Shown: positions 1 to 12,895, counted from the stretch's first letter. The stretch: 64,000 nucleotides of DNA from Octopus sinensis (GCF_006345805.1 NC_043020.1:15066001-15130000), one strand, 5' to 3'. Numbers and translations are program-made. The notes: a model not told the origin generated them from the letters alone.

Positions 1-3000
1 CTGTCTTTATGTTCTGAGTTCAAATTCTGCCAAGGCTGACTTTACCTTTCATCCTTTTGGGGTTGAAGTAATTGACTTAACCCCTCCTCCGAACTCGCTG
101 GCCTTGTTCTAAGAATTGAAACCAATATCGTTTGTGTGCTAACATACATGCAGTTTTTTTCAGTTAACCCTTTAGCATTCAAATTGATTTGTCAAATGTG
201 ATGCTTTTCATCCATTGTTTTGAATTCATCATACATTATCTTGTAGCTTTGAGATTTCAGTGATGTGATTGTATATTTTAAAAATGATATTGTGGAGTAG
301 GTATGAGAGACCAGAGTATAAAACGGAACATTTGGGTCAGATATGGCCAATTTAAATGCTAATGGGTTAGGAGACCCTTCCAATTATTGGTGTGATTAAA
401 ATCAGGATGATAAGTTGGGTTGTTCTGTACCTTAACTCCAAAATCACTGTTCCCCCCCATCTATTCATATATTGGTATCCTTCATACAGCAGATAGCAGT
501 AGCTGTAGATAGTTATTAACCCTTTAGCATTTAATCCAGCCATATCCAGCTGAAATATTTTACCTATTTTATATTAAAACTGATCATAACCTACCCTACA
601 ATGTCATTCTAAAAAATATTCAAACTCACCATTGAAATCTTGAAGCTACAAGGTTGTGTATGACTAATTCAAAGCAATGTGAATAAATAAGCAATACATT
701 TCACAGAAAAAACTTCATTAAATAAGACCTGCCACATCTTACAGTGATACACCTAAATATATTTTCAACTCTTTTTTTATTTATTTTTTTTTTTATTATT
801 ACTTGTCCTTAAATTTACTTTTTATTACTTGTAATATCAGTTAGAGCAGCAGGACTTAGTGAATGCTTGTGCAATACTAGATGTCTGTCATCTGTGTTAC
901 ATCAAACAGCTGTTACTTAATGATTTCTCTGTTCTTTCATCATACAACTGTCTATTGGCGGTGAGTCAGCTGCTATTGTACCCCAATATTTCGTTGAAAC
1001 TTCTTTGTGCACTTTTAAAACTTCCATGTTTTTGTCTTCCAGATGACTAATTTATTTCGGTCAACAAATATGATTATTACACTGAATTGGCCTCTTATAT
1101 ATTACTTACGTTCATGTTAAACTGAGACTTAGCTATTTGAATCGAACATGCCTGTTAGTGTGTGTATCTAAATTAGTATCGTATATGTCCCTTTCAGGTC
1201 ACCTTCACTTTCCTATAACATCAATAACTAATTTTAGCTGTTTGCATGCATGTTAGACTGCAACAGATCTTATCTAAATAGGTGAGATGGAAAAAGTAAA
1301 GAAATACTAGTTAAGTACTTCTGTACTAGTTTCGTTTGAAACTGCAATCTTAATGTTGGTTTCTTTCTATTAACATTCAGATTAGGTATTGTTTCTAACT
1401 ACATTTTTGATTTTCAGTGATAATAAATGAGGAAAGATTTTACTATCAATTCCCTTTTTTCTTCCAGTTTACATTTTGTAAAAATGTTTACATACTTAAG
1501 AAAAGCACACAAAAAAGAATTTTAAAAATCTGCTTGCAAATCTAATAATTTTCTAGATTTCATTTCACATCTCACAATGGAAATTCTAGTCTTTCCTAAT
1601 GCTCTTCCGGGATAGAGTAATAGCCAATTTGAAAGTTATAATCTAATATCTTTCTGATCTTTAAGGCAACATGGTTTTCCTTCTAGTGCATTAGTTTAGC
1701 TAACCTTGCATGTACATTTATTTTTTGGTGATTTTTAGACAAAGTTTTAGTAACTGAGCAGTATCAGCTTGATGCTTGAAAGACACTGTGCAGTAGTTTA
1801 TTTTGAACAGACACACTCTCGGTCACTTACAGAAATTTGATTCAAATTGGGAGTTATCCTTCAATTGAAACATCTTTATAAACCTAATTTTCTCATGTCC
1901 ACTGTGTAATTTGTAATAACACCAAAGTTTGAACAAAAATATCTTACCATGTGCCACTTCTCAATGACTAGTGTTGATTTATTCTTACATTTCTTTATTT
2001 TTTTAATTAATAGTTTGATGGATAAAATTATCCACTTGATAATACCTGTTAGAATATAGAGGATATTAAAACTCACAAGCATATATACGATATGTCGTGA
2101 GGTATTCAATGTTTGAGAACATGTCTTTCTAATTAAACACAGTCTTCAACAATAGATATTGAAGGATGTATTGTTTTTGAGTTGAATAGAAAAAAAATAA
2201 TTCTTTGTAATTTCCCTTGTCAACAATAAAGAAAAGGCTTTAAAAAAAATCAAGTGTCCTTCCCCACTACCCCTTTTAAAAGGACTAAAATTCCAAATAT
2301 ATCTCCAATGCATCAAATATCAATTCTGAAGTTTGGTGATGGACACTAGGAATATCCTTTGTGTGTGTGTGTGTGTATTATTGACCACACATACTTGTGT
2401 ATGTGCTTCGCTTGTTCGGCAGTAGGTTGCAGTTTAGCACATTGAGGATGACTCGCACAGAGTACCAGTTGTTAAAACACCAGCACTTTCAGTGAGTCAT
2501 ACTCGCCACTCTAAACAAGTCTACTGGTAAACAAGCAAAGCCCACACATGAGTTTGGTCAATGATGTCTACTACACTAGCACTGCTTCTAATTTATATTT
2601 GAATATAGAGAGATAGATATGAGAAATATTGTGAGATATTGATAATATACTTGAGAAAATATTGAAATAGTATTTCTAACATATGCGTGTTGGAAATCTG
2701 AAAGAAGTTACATTGGAATCAGTAAATTTAGTTTCACTAACCTAGAAGTTTCATTTTAAAGTATGAAGAGAAAGGAAATCCAGTTTTCGGAATCTACATA
2801 CAGGTTGGTGTATATAAGAGGTAAAAAAAGGAATGATTCTCTGACCCTATGTACAAGAAAGGAGTAAGATACAAAGGAACACAATGTGAAAGATTTTATA
2901 GAATGGTTGATCAAGTTTTTGAAAAGTATAAGAAAATGATGCAATGAAAATAAATTGCACCCAGTGAAATATATAAGCAATGAGATGTTGACTGATGAAC

Positions 3001-3134
3001 TAAAGCATTCAAAAGGCTTACTTGTTATCTAAATCATCATCATAGTTTGTTATTGAAAGGCCATCAGAAGACCGTTCTTAGAAATAGCTGTGAGACAGTT
3101 TGTGAGTGTTTAAGGTTATCTTTATCTCTGAGAA

Positions 3135-3620
3135 TTCTTTAAGTTAATTTTTTGGCGCAAAAAGCAAGGCCATGTAGGGAGACATGGAGTTATGTACAGG
3201 GAGGGTGTTCATGCAAAGAGTTCAGGCCATTTCTGGTCAAGAGAGACTTTGAATTGAGCGGTCATCGGCATCTTCACTATCTTGTCCGGCAGCTTATTCA
3301 ACAGATCCGCAACCCGGATGGAGAAAGCTCCTCTCCTTTGATTGAGATGAAATCGTCGCAGATAGAGCTTTTTGGAGTGACCCCGCAGCCGATGCAGGAG
3401 TGAAGACCAGCTCTTTCGAGAGGTTACACTTTCCGCTTATGATATTGTGAGCGAGAATGAGACCACCACGGCGGCGGCGTTTTTCTAGAGAATAAAGGTC
3501 AAGCGTCTTCAGCCTTTCTTCACAAGACAAATGCTTGAAACCAAGAACCATGCGGGTAGTCAGCTTCTGGACTCTTTCGAGATGATGTATGTCTTTGAGG
3601 AGATAAGAAGAGGCTTGAAT
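3135..3620 (-). mobile_element. CR1/L2-group LINE 3' fragment
   Basis: KDIHHLERVQKLTTRMVLGFKHLSCEERLKTLDLYSLEKRR is the post-RT motif of CR1-like LINEs. Confidence 0.8.
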
Positions 3621-4814
3621 CATGTATATGTCAGAAATAAAGTACCAACTCTTAAGGCGACATTCTGTAAAAAGAGTTAAATCTAGATCTATTAAAAATG
3701 GCCTAAAAGAATGTCGTTTTGATTCACCTTTGGATCACTTGTCACTAAAGAGTAGTAAAATGCAAATCCAGTCATTAATAGTGTGTGGGTGGGAGTTTGT
3801 GTGTGCACGCCTGTGTATAGATGTTTTAGAAGACCTACAAATGTTCTTGTTGTTTTTATTGATTTGAAACATCAGATTTCTTTGCAAACCCACATAAAAC
3901 TAACTGGGATGAGTGTGGAGTAGGGCTGCTCGAATTGATCTCAATGTTACTATTACTTATTTTATTGACCCTAGTGTTTAAAAAAAAAAAATGGACAACA
4001 CCTGTCTAACATGATCTCAACTGAGAAGTGAACAACCGTAGCTGGATACAACAAAATGTGTAAACTATTTTTAAAATATCGCAATTTCTACTGACATTTT
4101 TCTTTCGAAAACTAAAAGTTGTCCAAAGATTGTGTTTATAGAAGAAACCATCTAATGACTAAGAACATTTTAATTGTTGCTTAGCTTCAGGCTGGTATTG
4201 ATTTAATTGGTCTATGATCAAAATAATTTATGGTCATTCCATCTTCTATACTTTTAAAATGGTAGTGAGTAGTTTTTAGGGAAATTTGGCTGTCATTTCT
4301 AGCAGATCAAACAACTACATAAAGATTCTGTCTGATTCATTTAAAACATTTTAGTTTCATTTACATGCTGAATGTGAGGGGCTTAATTGGTTATAAGTTG
4401 TGAGCTTGTTAATTAAAAGATAATGAGTTTGAAGCCGTCCAGAAGCTGTCAATGTAGGTGGCATCTTTCATATTTCTGATATGAAATATAATTAATATTC
4501 TGTTGCAATCAGTTATTTTTAATATGAAATAAAATTGAAACTTTGCTGCAGTCAGTTCTTTGAATGAGTCACCAGATAAAGAATTAATAAAATAATAAAC
4601 CAGATGAAATCTAGAAGCAAGGAATACTGTGCCGACCGATCTAGGCTGGCAACAACTACAGAGGAAATGACTGGGACTCTGATGAACAATGCAACTCATA
4701 TTAGCAAGGAGAGATTTTGTAAAAGAGGGTGGATTTGAGATCAGTAACTCAGCTATGAAGTTACAGTGGTGATGGTGGTGGGGGCTTTTTGGTTTACACT
4801 AGAGTAGTTTCTTA

Positions 4815-5318
4815 TATAATAATGATGAAATTATTGTATACAGTGCTCAGGTGCACCACAACTTGTCAAAAGTGTGTATAGAGTATATGCAGTAATATAC
4901 AAATGTCTGGAAAGTGAACAGTGTATGAGTCAGATACATGCCTGCGTGTGTATGGAGGGGAGAAAATCAGGTGTAGTGTTGGCGAATCTCAGGAAGCATG
5001 GAAGTTTTCAAGGATGCAGTGCTCTGATAACTAACAACTGATGCCGGCAGTTTGTTCCATGCTTCAGCAACTCTCAGCGTGAAAAAAATGTTTCTGAAAG
5101 TCATGGGAGCTGTGTTGTTTTCTGACTTTGTAAATATGTCCACGGGTGTTAGACAGATGGAGTTTGAAAAGGTGCTCAGAGTTATTGTTAGTAGGATGGT
5201 TAATAATTTTATGGGTGTCTGCCAAGTCAGCTGCCAGACGTCGGAGTATCTTCAGACACATACAAAAGTTTAAGATGTTCCTGTCAGATATCAGTGAATT
5301 GAAGCATCTTGTTGAATA
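4815..5318 (-). mobile_element. CR1/L2-group LINE 3' end (same family as 17945-19255)
   Basis: HKIINH..NNSEHLFKLHLSNTRGHIYKVRKQHSSHDF.KHFF, with a tail at about 4815-4830. Confidence 0.8.
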
Positions 5319-5347
5319 ATCCATCAAACTTCTCTCTCTTTCTATCG

Positions 5348-5389
<42 letters not shown>

Positions 5390-5443
5390 AGAGAAATTGA
5401 AACTTTTGTTTTCATTATCATTTCTGTCTGTCTCTTGTTTCAG

Positions 5444-5642
5444 CTTGAGCAACTATTTTGTGGAAGTCGAAGTGAAGTCTGGGAAGTGAAGATGCTAATG
5501 GAATGTTGCCGTCCTGACCATGGTTATACTCATGATAGCAAAGCTGTCAAATATTTGTTTGAAATATTAAGTTCATACCTTGGAGAAGACCAACGCCGTT
5601 TCTTACAGTTTGTTACTGGCTCTCCAAGACTTCCAGTTGGTG
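5444..5642 (+). CDS. TRIP12: HECT E3 ubiquitin ligase, penultimate coding exon (TRIP12-like)
   Basis: Acceptor tttcag at 5438-5443, donor gtaaat at 5643. Translates [66 protein letters not shown], matching the recalled TRIP12 HECT C-lobe ([29 protein letters not shown]). Upstream exons were not found in the window. Confidence 0.93.
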
Positions 5643-6153
5643 GTAAATATCAGTGCTTATCTGTAGATTCTTAGTGCCCAGCACTCACTGCCACATACTA
5701 TTCTATTACATACTATACACACACACATCACTCTCTCACTTAGCACACTTTCAGTTAGTTCATATATATATATACATACATACACACACACCTAAGTGAA
5801 GGTGCGTGACTCAGTGGTTTGTGCATTGAGCTTATGATTGTGAGAAATGAGTTGTGCAACATGACTGGCTGGTGCCAAGCTCTATCAGCCTTTCCCTTGC
5901 ATAACATCAGTAGCGTGGAGAGGAGAGGCTGGTATGCATGGACAACAGCTGGTCTTACATTAAAAAAAACCCGAGGTTGTGCATTTGTTTGTGAGATGAC
6001 TTTCCACCTAGACTTGTACTGCAGAGGGGAACATCTTGGGTACATTCCTGGTCATTCGTGACTGACGGAGTCAAGAGTTTATATATATATATAATCTCAA
6101 AATATCATTGCTATTATGTTAAACTGTTATGTCCAAATTTGGCCAAATGTGAG

Positions 6154-6186
<33 letters not shown>

Positions 6187-6334
6187 AATAGCCAGTTCTT
6201 TTGGTCAAACTATCATCTCAGATGCCAAAATCAAAGATTGTCAAAGAATGCTTTTGCTATGGAACAGTGAAACTATTTTTTCGTTTTCTAAAAAAGCATC
6301 GTGTTGGACTTTCCAACACTTTTGCATAATAGTG

Positions 6335-6373
<39 letters not shown>

Positions 6374-7239
6374 TGCCATTAGACTGCAGCCATGCTGGGG
6401 CACCACCTTGGAGAATTTTTTTGATCAAATGAATCAACCCCAGTATTTATTTTCTTTGTAGGCTGGTACTTATTCTGTTGCCAAACCACTAAGCTACAGG
6501 GAAGTAAACTCACCAGCACTGGTTGTCAAGTGATGGTGGTGGTGGGGGATAGAAACACACACACACACATAATGGGCTTCTTTCAGTTTCCACCTACCAA
6601 ATACATTCACAAAGCTTTGGTCAGCCCAAGGCTATAGTAGAAGACACCTGCTGGAGGTGTTGTGCAACAGGACTGAACCCAGAGCCCATGTGGTTGGGTA
6701 GCAAGCTTCTTACCACACTGTCACAACTGTGCCTATATAAACATAAACACACACACTTCCAATTTCTTACCATACACGTATATACACCTCACTCTCTCTA
6801 CACACCTTCATTTTATACTACACATACTCTTAACATTAGTGCATATGTGAGCCCCACAATTCAGAACATTAATTTAATCAGTTTGAACATGGAGTCAGTT
6901 TTGTTTATGACAGAAACAAGAATAAAGGTTTATTGTATATTTGAAGAGAATGATGGATTTCAATAATTAAGTTTACTTCTGCTACAACTTATTTCACCGA
7001 TCCTCTAAGAAAAATTAGTAAAGTTATCCCCTATAGTATTTAAAGTGAAGGCATACAGAGATGTAACTATTAATATCTCTAATATAGGTCTATGACCAGA
7101 AGTTTGGGACAGTGGAACAGTCAATTATATAGACCCCAGTACTTGACTGGGATTTGATCTCAGTGTAAAAAGTTGGAACAAATACTGCAAGGTGTTTTTC
7201 CAATACTCTACTCATTTTGACAATTTACCACCTTAATAA

Positions 7240-7455
7240 TCATCATCGTTTAACGTCCGTTTTCCGTGCTAGCACAGGTTGGACGGTTTGACTGGGGTCT
7301 GGGGAAGCCAGGAGGCTGCACCAGGCTCCAGTCTGATCTGGCAGTGTTTCTACAGCTGGATGCCCTTCCTAACGCCAACCACTCCGTGAGTGTAGTGGGT
7401 GCTTTTTACATGCCACCGGCACAGGTGCCAGTGAAGGCTGGCAGCGGCCACGATT
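7240..7455 (-). mobile_element. RTE 3' UTR copy (TRIP12 intron)
   Basis: catcatcgtttaacgtccg...ctggatgcccttcctaacgccaacc consensus. Confidence 0.8.
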
Positions 7456-7467
7456 ATAATAATAATA

Positions 7468-7938
7468 ATGTACCAAAAACGGTATATGACAATGACCAGG
7501 TCACAATCATCTGGGATACGCCTGTTCAAATTGAGAAAGAAATCAAAGCTTAATCACTCAAACTTAATAATCAAGGATTGGGAAGAAATACTCCTGCTTA
7601 CTGATAGACATTGTGATCCCTTCCAACCAAAATATTGCCCAAAAAGAAGTGGGGAAATTATCACAGACCTTGAGATTGAAGTATTCAAGATATGGGGCAT
7701 GAAGGTGAAAACAATAGCAGTAATAACTGGAACATTGTTCGTGATAAAAAAAAGCATACGAGCAAAAATGGTAGAAGTTATACCTGAACCCTCAACACTA
7801 TACCCTATCCAAAAAATAGCCCTGTTAGGAACACCCCATGTCCTGTGCAAGACAATTAGTTCAATAATACAACCCAACCCAAACAAAACAATCCACCTAC
7901 ACAAGACACTCTATATTAGCAAATATCCAATAAAATAA
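7468..7938 (+). mobile_element. R4/Dong-clade non-LTR retrotransposon fragment (restriction-like endonuclease C-terminus)
   Basis: IIWDTPVQIEKEIKA / DLEIEVFKIWGMKVKTIAVITGTL..IKK / IQKIALLGTPHVL is typical of R4/Dong C-termini. Frameshifted; begins right after an (AAT)n tract at about 7457-7470. Confidence 0.75.
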
Positions 7939-8172
7939 ACATCCACCAGCAATCCGATACCCAGCAGAACAACACATCTTGCATTACACTCAATACAAAC
8001 ACCTGTACAACAAAAGATTTCAACCAAACACCATAACTCTGGCAGAATTTGATCTCAAAATGTAAAGATAAATGAAATTCAGCTAAGCATTCTGCCTGGC
8101 ATGCTAATGATTTTGCTAGCTTGCTGCTTTTTTTTTTTTCTTCTTCTCTAGTTTCAGCTCAGAGCTGCAGCC

Positions 8173-8205
<33 letters not shown>

Positions 8206-8235
8206 TAAAAATTACTTCCAGAATATTTTAAAATA

Positions 8236-8376
8236 TTAGGTTGTCCCAAAAGTTCGTAAACACTTGCGAAAATTGAATTTTTACTCGCCAAGTACTAACA
8301 AAAACAACAAAAATTATTCCTCAAAATAAAGACCATTATTTTCCAAGACTTTCTACAAACTTTTGGGACAACCTTA
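8236..8376. mobile_element. Tc1/mariner-type MITE
   Basis: TIRs ttaggttgtcccaaaagtt / aacttttgggacaacctta flanked by TA; about 90 bp upstream of the TRIP12 terminal exon. Confidence 0.75.
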
Positions 8377-8464
8377 TAGTAACATTTCATTATTGCTATG
8401 ATATTTGTTACACTGTTTTGTGTTGTTGTTGACTCACAAATGTTGTTCCACTTAATGCTTTCAG

Positions 8465-8661
8465 GTTTCCGCAGTTTAAATCCACCTCTGACTATTGTAC
8501 GAAAGACATTCTCTAATTCTGAAAACCCTGATAACTCCCTTCCATCTGTGATGACTTGTGTGAATTATTTAAAACTTCCGGACTATTCTTCAGTGGAAGT
8601 GATGCGAGACAAGCTGAACCTTGCTTCACAGGAAGGACAGCTTTCATTCCACCTATCTTAA
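8465..8661 (+). CDS. TRIP12: HECT E3 ubiquitin ligase, terminal coding exon (TRIP12-like)
   Basis: Acceptor ttcag at 8460-8464. The phase-1 join G+GT restores GG|[14 protein letters not shown]...[18 protein letters not shown]...EGQLSFHLS*, including the catalytic Cys motif (PSVMTC) and the SFHLS C-terminus. Stop TAA at 8659-8661. Confidence 0.95.
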
Positions 8662-9317
8662 AGTACAGTGCCACTCACGTCCCTATGATGGACGATCTAG
8701 ATGGTGATGACCCAACAGCAGTTTGCACTGACAAAGAAATAAGAAAAGAAAAAAAAAAAACCCCACAGAATTAAACAAAAAAAAAAACAAATCAAAAATC
8801 AAACAAAAACTGACAACAGGAAAAAAAGGAAATCAACTGCCACCATCTGACTGGCAGAAGATCATTCCAAGGACATGTACCAGGTTGAAAGAAACATTTT
8901 TTTTATCTTTTCAGTAATTCTGGTAAATGACTGGTGAGTGTAGATGGTGATCAAAAACCATTCCTAAACTTATTTTAACATTTATCTAGAAAATTTCGCC
9001 TTATATGCTTTGTGAGGGAGAGTGCAAATGTTCATGACAGATAAACTGGTACAAATATCTCCAAGTTTGCCAACAAAATGTATAGACATGATTTGACCAG
9101 TTGCCACGATGCATCTATACATTCATTCTTAGGACTCAACACACGGCTAATGTGTGAAGGATTGACATTTGTAAAATATTGACATGAGTGGCGTTTGTGG
9201 CCCCCCCCTATCTCCCCGGGACTAGATGTCTAAAAAAAAAAAAAATATAAAATAAAATAAAAATTGGCTAACAAGTTGTAGCCATGCTGTTTGTGCTTGA
9301 TATGTTTGTACTGAAAT

Positions 9318-9323
9318 AATAAA
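9318..9323 (+). terminator. Candidate polyadenylation signal of TRIP12
   Basis: AATAAA about 660 nt after the stop, followed by a GU/U-rich stretch (atgttgtttttt). Other AATAAA hexamers lie at about 9250-9260. Confidence 0.45.
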
Positions 9324-10412
9324 GTTATAAAGTTACATGTTGTTTTTTTAATACGGGTAGTTTTCATAAACCCTATTACAGGGGAAGGAAGCAATTTACA
9401 AAATTATTATTCAATGGTAAGATTGCTGTCAACCAAAACTCACGTCACCTTAATGATGTAATCCCTGGAAAGGGCTGTATCATATGTATATGTTTTCTCC
9501 ATTACGGAGCCCCTAATTGTTCATGTCATGTTAATATTGAAGATTTTTCGGCTAATTGGTATCTATTTTGAACATCCTTCATTTAATATCAACACATCTA
9601 AAGAAAAGGAAAAAAAGTGGAACAAATTAAATTTTTCTTTTTATTTAAACAAATATTTACCCATTTACCCTTTTCTGAAAATTTACTCTGATACCACTTT
9701 TGGTTGGATAAAACATTTCCTTTTAGTTGTCTCTTTTGTTTTTTCTTGAAAATTCATCCCTAAATTATTTCCGTTCCCCCTCCTCATTCTATTCTCCCTT
9801 AATGTCGAGAAAAATGTTAAAATAGAAACAGTAAAATGGAAATAGCAGCAACTGTATGTTTCGTTACACTTTGCTCATTATAAATAAAGGAAATACTTGC
9901 CTTCCATCTCCAGGGTTTTATCAACACAGGCAACTATATGTTCCATCATACCCTTCTCACTATTTGAATATTGTATGTGTGTGCATATATATATATATAT
10001 GTATATGTATGTATATATATATATATGTATGTATGTATGCATATGTCTGTGTAGATGGTAAAGACCGCCTTCAATCAGGAATGACCATCAGATTGCACCT
10101 AGAAGGTTCCCTTCCGAGGCACAAGTCTAGGCAAGGTTGTTTATGGAAGGTCAGCAGTTGCCTGAGCATGCCAGTCTCCCCCTTCCATGCCACTGGTATT
10201 ATCCAAGAGCAAGGCAAAGGCCGATACAGCTTGGCTCCAGTAGTGGCGTCGAAATTCATTTATATAGCTTGGTGAACAGGAGCAGTGGGAAATAGTGTTT
10301 TGCTCAAGAACACAATACATAGCCTGGTCCCAGAATCAACTCCACAACCTCATGATTGTAAGCTGGACACTCTAACCACTGAGCCCTGCACCTTCATATG
10401 TGTGTATATATC

Positions 10413-10742
10413 TCTCTCTAACCGCTCAGTCGAAGTCGACTCTCGGTCACTCGTTGGATCAGTGTCCTCCAGTCAGTTCTATCCTGGGCCGCTTCCTTCA
10501 GGCTGGCCATGTCCATTCCGGCATCACTCCTGATGGTGTCAAGCCAGTGGATTCTTGGTCGGCCTCTTTCTCTCTTGCCACTGACCATTCCGAGCATGAT
10601 GTCCTTCTCCAGGGATTCTCTCCTCATAATATGACCGAAATATGCCAATCTATGCTTGGTGATCCTAGCTTCTAGCGACATTTTCGGCCTTATCTGCTTA
10701 AGAACTTCTCCATTGTTGAGCCTCGCTGTCCATGGAATCCTG
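10413..10742 (-). mobile_element. RTE-BovB-like LINE, 5'-truncated 3' end (second copy)
   Basis: RIPWTARLNNGEVLKQ...RVTESRLRLSG*, closely similar to the 45435 copy, with a (GA)n tail. Confidence 0.9.
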
Positions 10743-11570
10743 TGCATATAAATATATGTATGTGTGCATACCACAGTATTCTTAGTAATCAGTAATGATC
10801 TTCCTCAGTCAATTGTGGACAGCCATCATCATCTCTTTCTCTCTCTCTCTCTCTCTCTACATATGTATATATATAATGTATGTATGTATGTGTATTTCTT
10901 ACTTGCCTGTTTGCTGACAAACCATCCACAAGGCTTTTATCACTCAGACAACTCATTCTTTTTTTTTTCAGTGTTCAACTGCAAAACCTATAACAACTAT
11001 TCTGTAATTGAAAATGTTTTAATTAGTTTCTATCGATTTGAACAAGGATTGCTTTCTTCCTATCTTTTCTTTATTCTTCCCCACTTTTTTTTAAATGTTC
11101 AATAAATATGATTGCATTTATTGCATTTACACGAGAGACATGTGTATTTGAAAACTTCTGTAGAAAGCTTCACCTAAAGCAGTCTATGAATTTTCTTTGT
11201 GGTTATCAACTATTGACTGGCTATGGATTAACATCAAGTAGAGACGAATCAATTGTGTTTGTTCTATTAACTCTTTAGCATTCAGATTTCCTTGTTGAAT
11301 GTATTGCTTATTTATTCAAAATATATTGAATTAATCACACATCTTGTAGTTTCAAGATTTCAATGCTGTTTATATATTTTTTTGAATGACTTTATAGGGT
11401 AAGTGTGAGGGGTTGGTTCTGATAAGTTTTAACATAAAACAGAATATTTGGGCCAGATATGGCCAGATCAAATGCTAAAGGGTTCAGCCTGCTATATCAG
11501 TCCCAAATATTCTACTGGTTTTATGTTTAAGCTGGCCAGATTTAGATTTAGCCTTTCACACCTACCCTAC

Positions 11571-11962
11571 TACTTACTTGTATTTGTGGCGACATTCACC
11601 CTGGGTGGGTTGAGTCGGCTTCTTCCACCACCCTCGAGGCATCTCGAACCATGGCTGTGGAAGAAGTTTAGTGGGAATATAAATTTCACAAGCGGTCCCC
11701 AACAAACAATCTCGCATGTAGAGACATCCTGTTTGCCACAGATTGTCCGCAGACGCAGATACAGAACGACTGAGGAGCCGCCGGTTGCCGAAACAGACAC
11801 TCCGAGGATTTTCACCGGGTTGTGGCCCTAATACTATTCGGTGTCAGACCAATCCGCCTTGGGTGGCCCTACCACGAACCGAAGTTCCCGACGACATTGC
11901 TCTGACACTACCCATTGCCAGCGTCCCCACCATGGTGAGGAGGGGATGGACTTCGGGGACGC
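11571..11962 (-). mobile_element. Short non-coding RTE-like retroelement with HDV-like ribozyme head
   Basis: GC-rich insert inside a piggyBac-type MITE, flanked by the duplication ctaccctac (11562-11570, 11962-11970). On - it ends in a CAAGTAAGTA tail and contains gtagggccacccaaggcgga, which resembles RTE/BovB 5' UTRs. Confidence 0.75.
11852..11962 (-). ncRNA. HDV-like self-cleaving ribozyme fold (possibly degenerate copy)
   Basis: P1 GCGTCCCC/GGGGACGC; P2 ATCC-CC/GGCGGAT; P3 TCC/GGT; L3 TCACCAT; P1.1 CA/TG; J1.1/4 GCAA; J4/2 CCCAA. All elements occur in HDV order. Confidence 0.65.
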
Positions 11963-12345
11963 TACCCTACAATACCATTCTAAGAACAATCATGTTGTTG
12001 AACTCTCAAAGCTACAAGAAAATGCATGATTAATTCAAAATAGTGTGAATAAATATGCATTACATTTGAGAGAATAATCTGAATGCTAAAGGGTTAAAAT
12101 ATTTTTTAAAAAACAGGTTAATTGTAGTAAATTAAAAAAGTATTACTAATTGGTATTAATGGATTACTGGGTTGAAAAATATTGAACCTTAATGAATCAA
12201 CATTTGCAAATTCATAGATCATCTTCAGATCTGTGGTGGTATATCGTTTATTCTACATATCTTGGTATTCTGTCATCAGAGGAAGCAAGTTGGTCTTTAA
12301 TCAGTGTTTAGTCAACATTTCTTGTTTGCTACTTGAGAAAATTTC

Positions 12346-12895
12346 TTCTGAATTGTAGCTGTGATACCAGTGCCGGTGGCACGTAAGAGAACCATCTGAA
12401 CGTGGCCATTGCCAGCGCTGCCCCGACTGGCCTCCATGCCGGTGGCACGTAAAAAGCACCATCCTATCATGGCCGTTGCCATCCTCGTCTGGCACGTATA
12501 AAGCACCCACTACACTCAGGGAGTGGTTGGCGTTAGGAAGGGCATCCAGCAGTCAGACTTGGCCTGGTGCAGCCTTCTGGCTTCCCAGACCCCAGTTGAA
12601 TCGTCCAACCCATGCTAGCATGGAAAGCGGTCACCAAACGATGATGATGAACTTGAAACACTATTTAACCAACAATAATAAATCAGATACTCTTTCTAAT
12701 GCCAACCACTTTAAAAAAAAAAAACACTCAGTACACGCTGTAAAGTGGATGGCATTAGGAAGGGCATCCAGTCATAGAAACCAAACCAAAAGACTCTGGA
12801 ACCTGGTGTGGTGTTCCCGTTCTTGCCAGTTCCTATTCAGCCATCTAGCCTATGCCAGCATGGAAATCAGATGTTACATATTGTTGATGATGATT
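12346..12895 (+). mobile_element. Two adjacent RTE 3' UTR copies (younger 12346-12650, more diverged 12722-12895)
   Basis: Same consensus, each ending in (GAT)n. Confidence 0.75.

Noticed and set aside
1-5443. Search for the preceding TRIP12 exon (expected to end near FYPEE)
   Set aside because: No matching translation with a donor was found by eye; it probably lies upstream of the window.
11770-11794. CTGAGGA...GAAAC hammerhead-like core antisense to the HDV-like ribozyme (would imply paired ribozymes of both polarities)
   Set aside because: Stem II pairs poorly (G-C, C-C mismatch, C-G, G-T) and no convincing stem I could be built. Worth rechecking only on a family consensus.
11448-12033. 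ORFs of 127 and 96 aa across the GC-rich insert
   Set aside because: They straddle MITE/retroelement junctions and have no recognisable domain.
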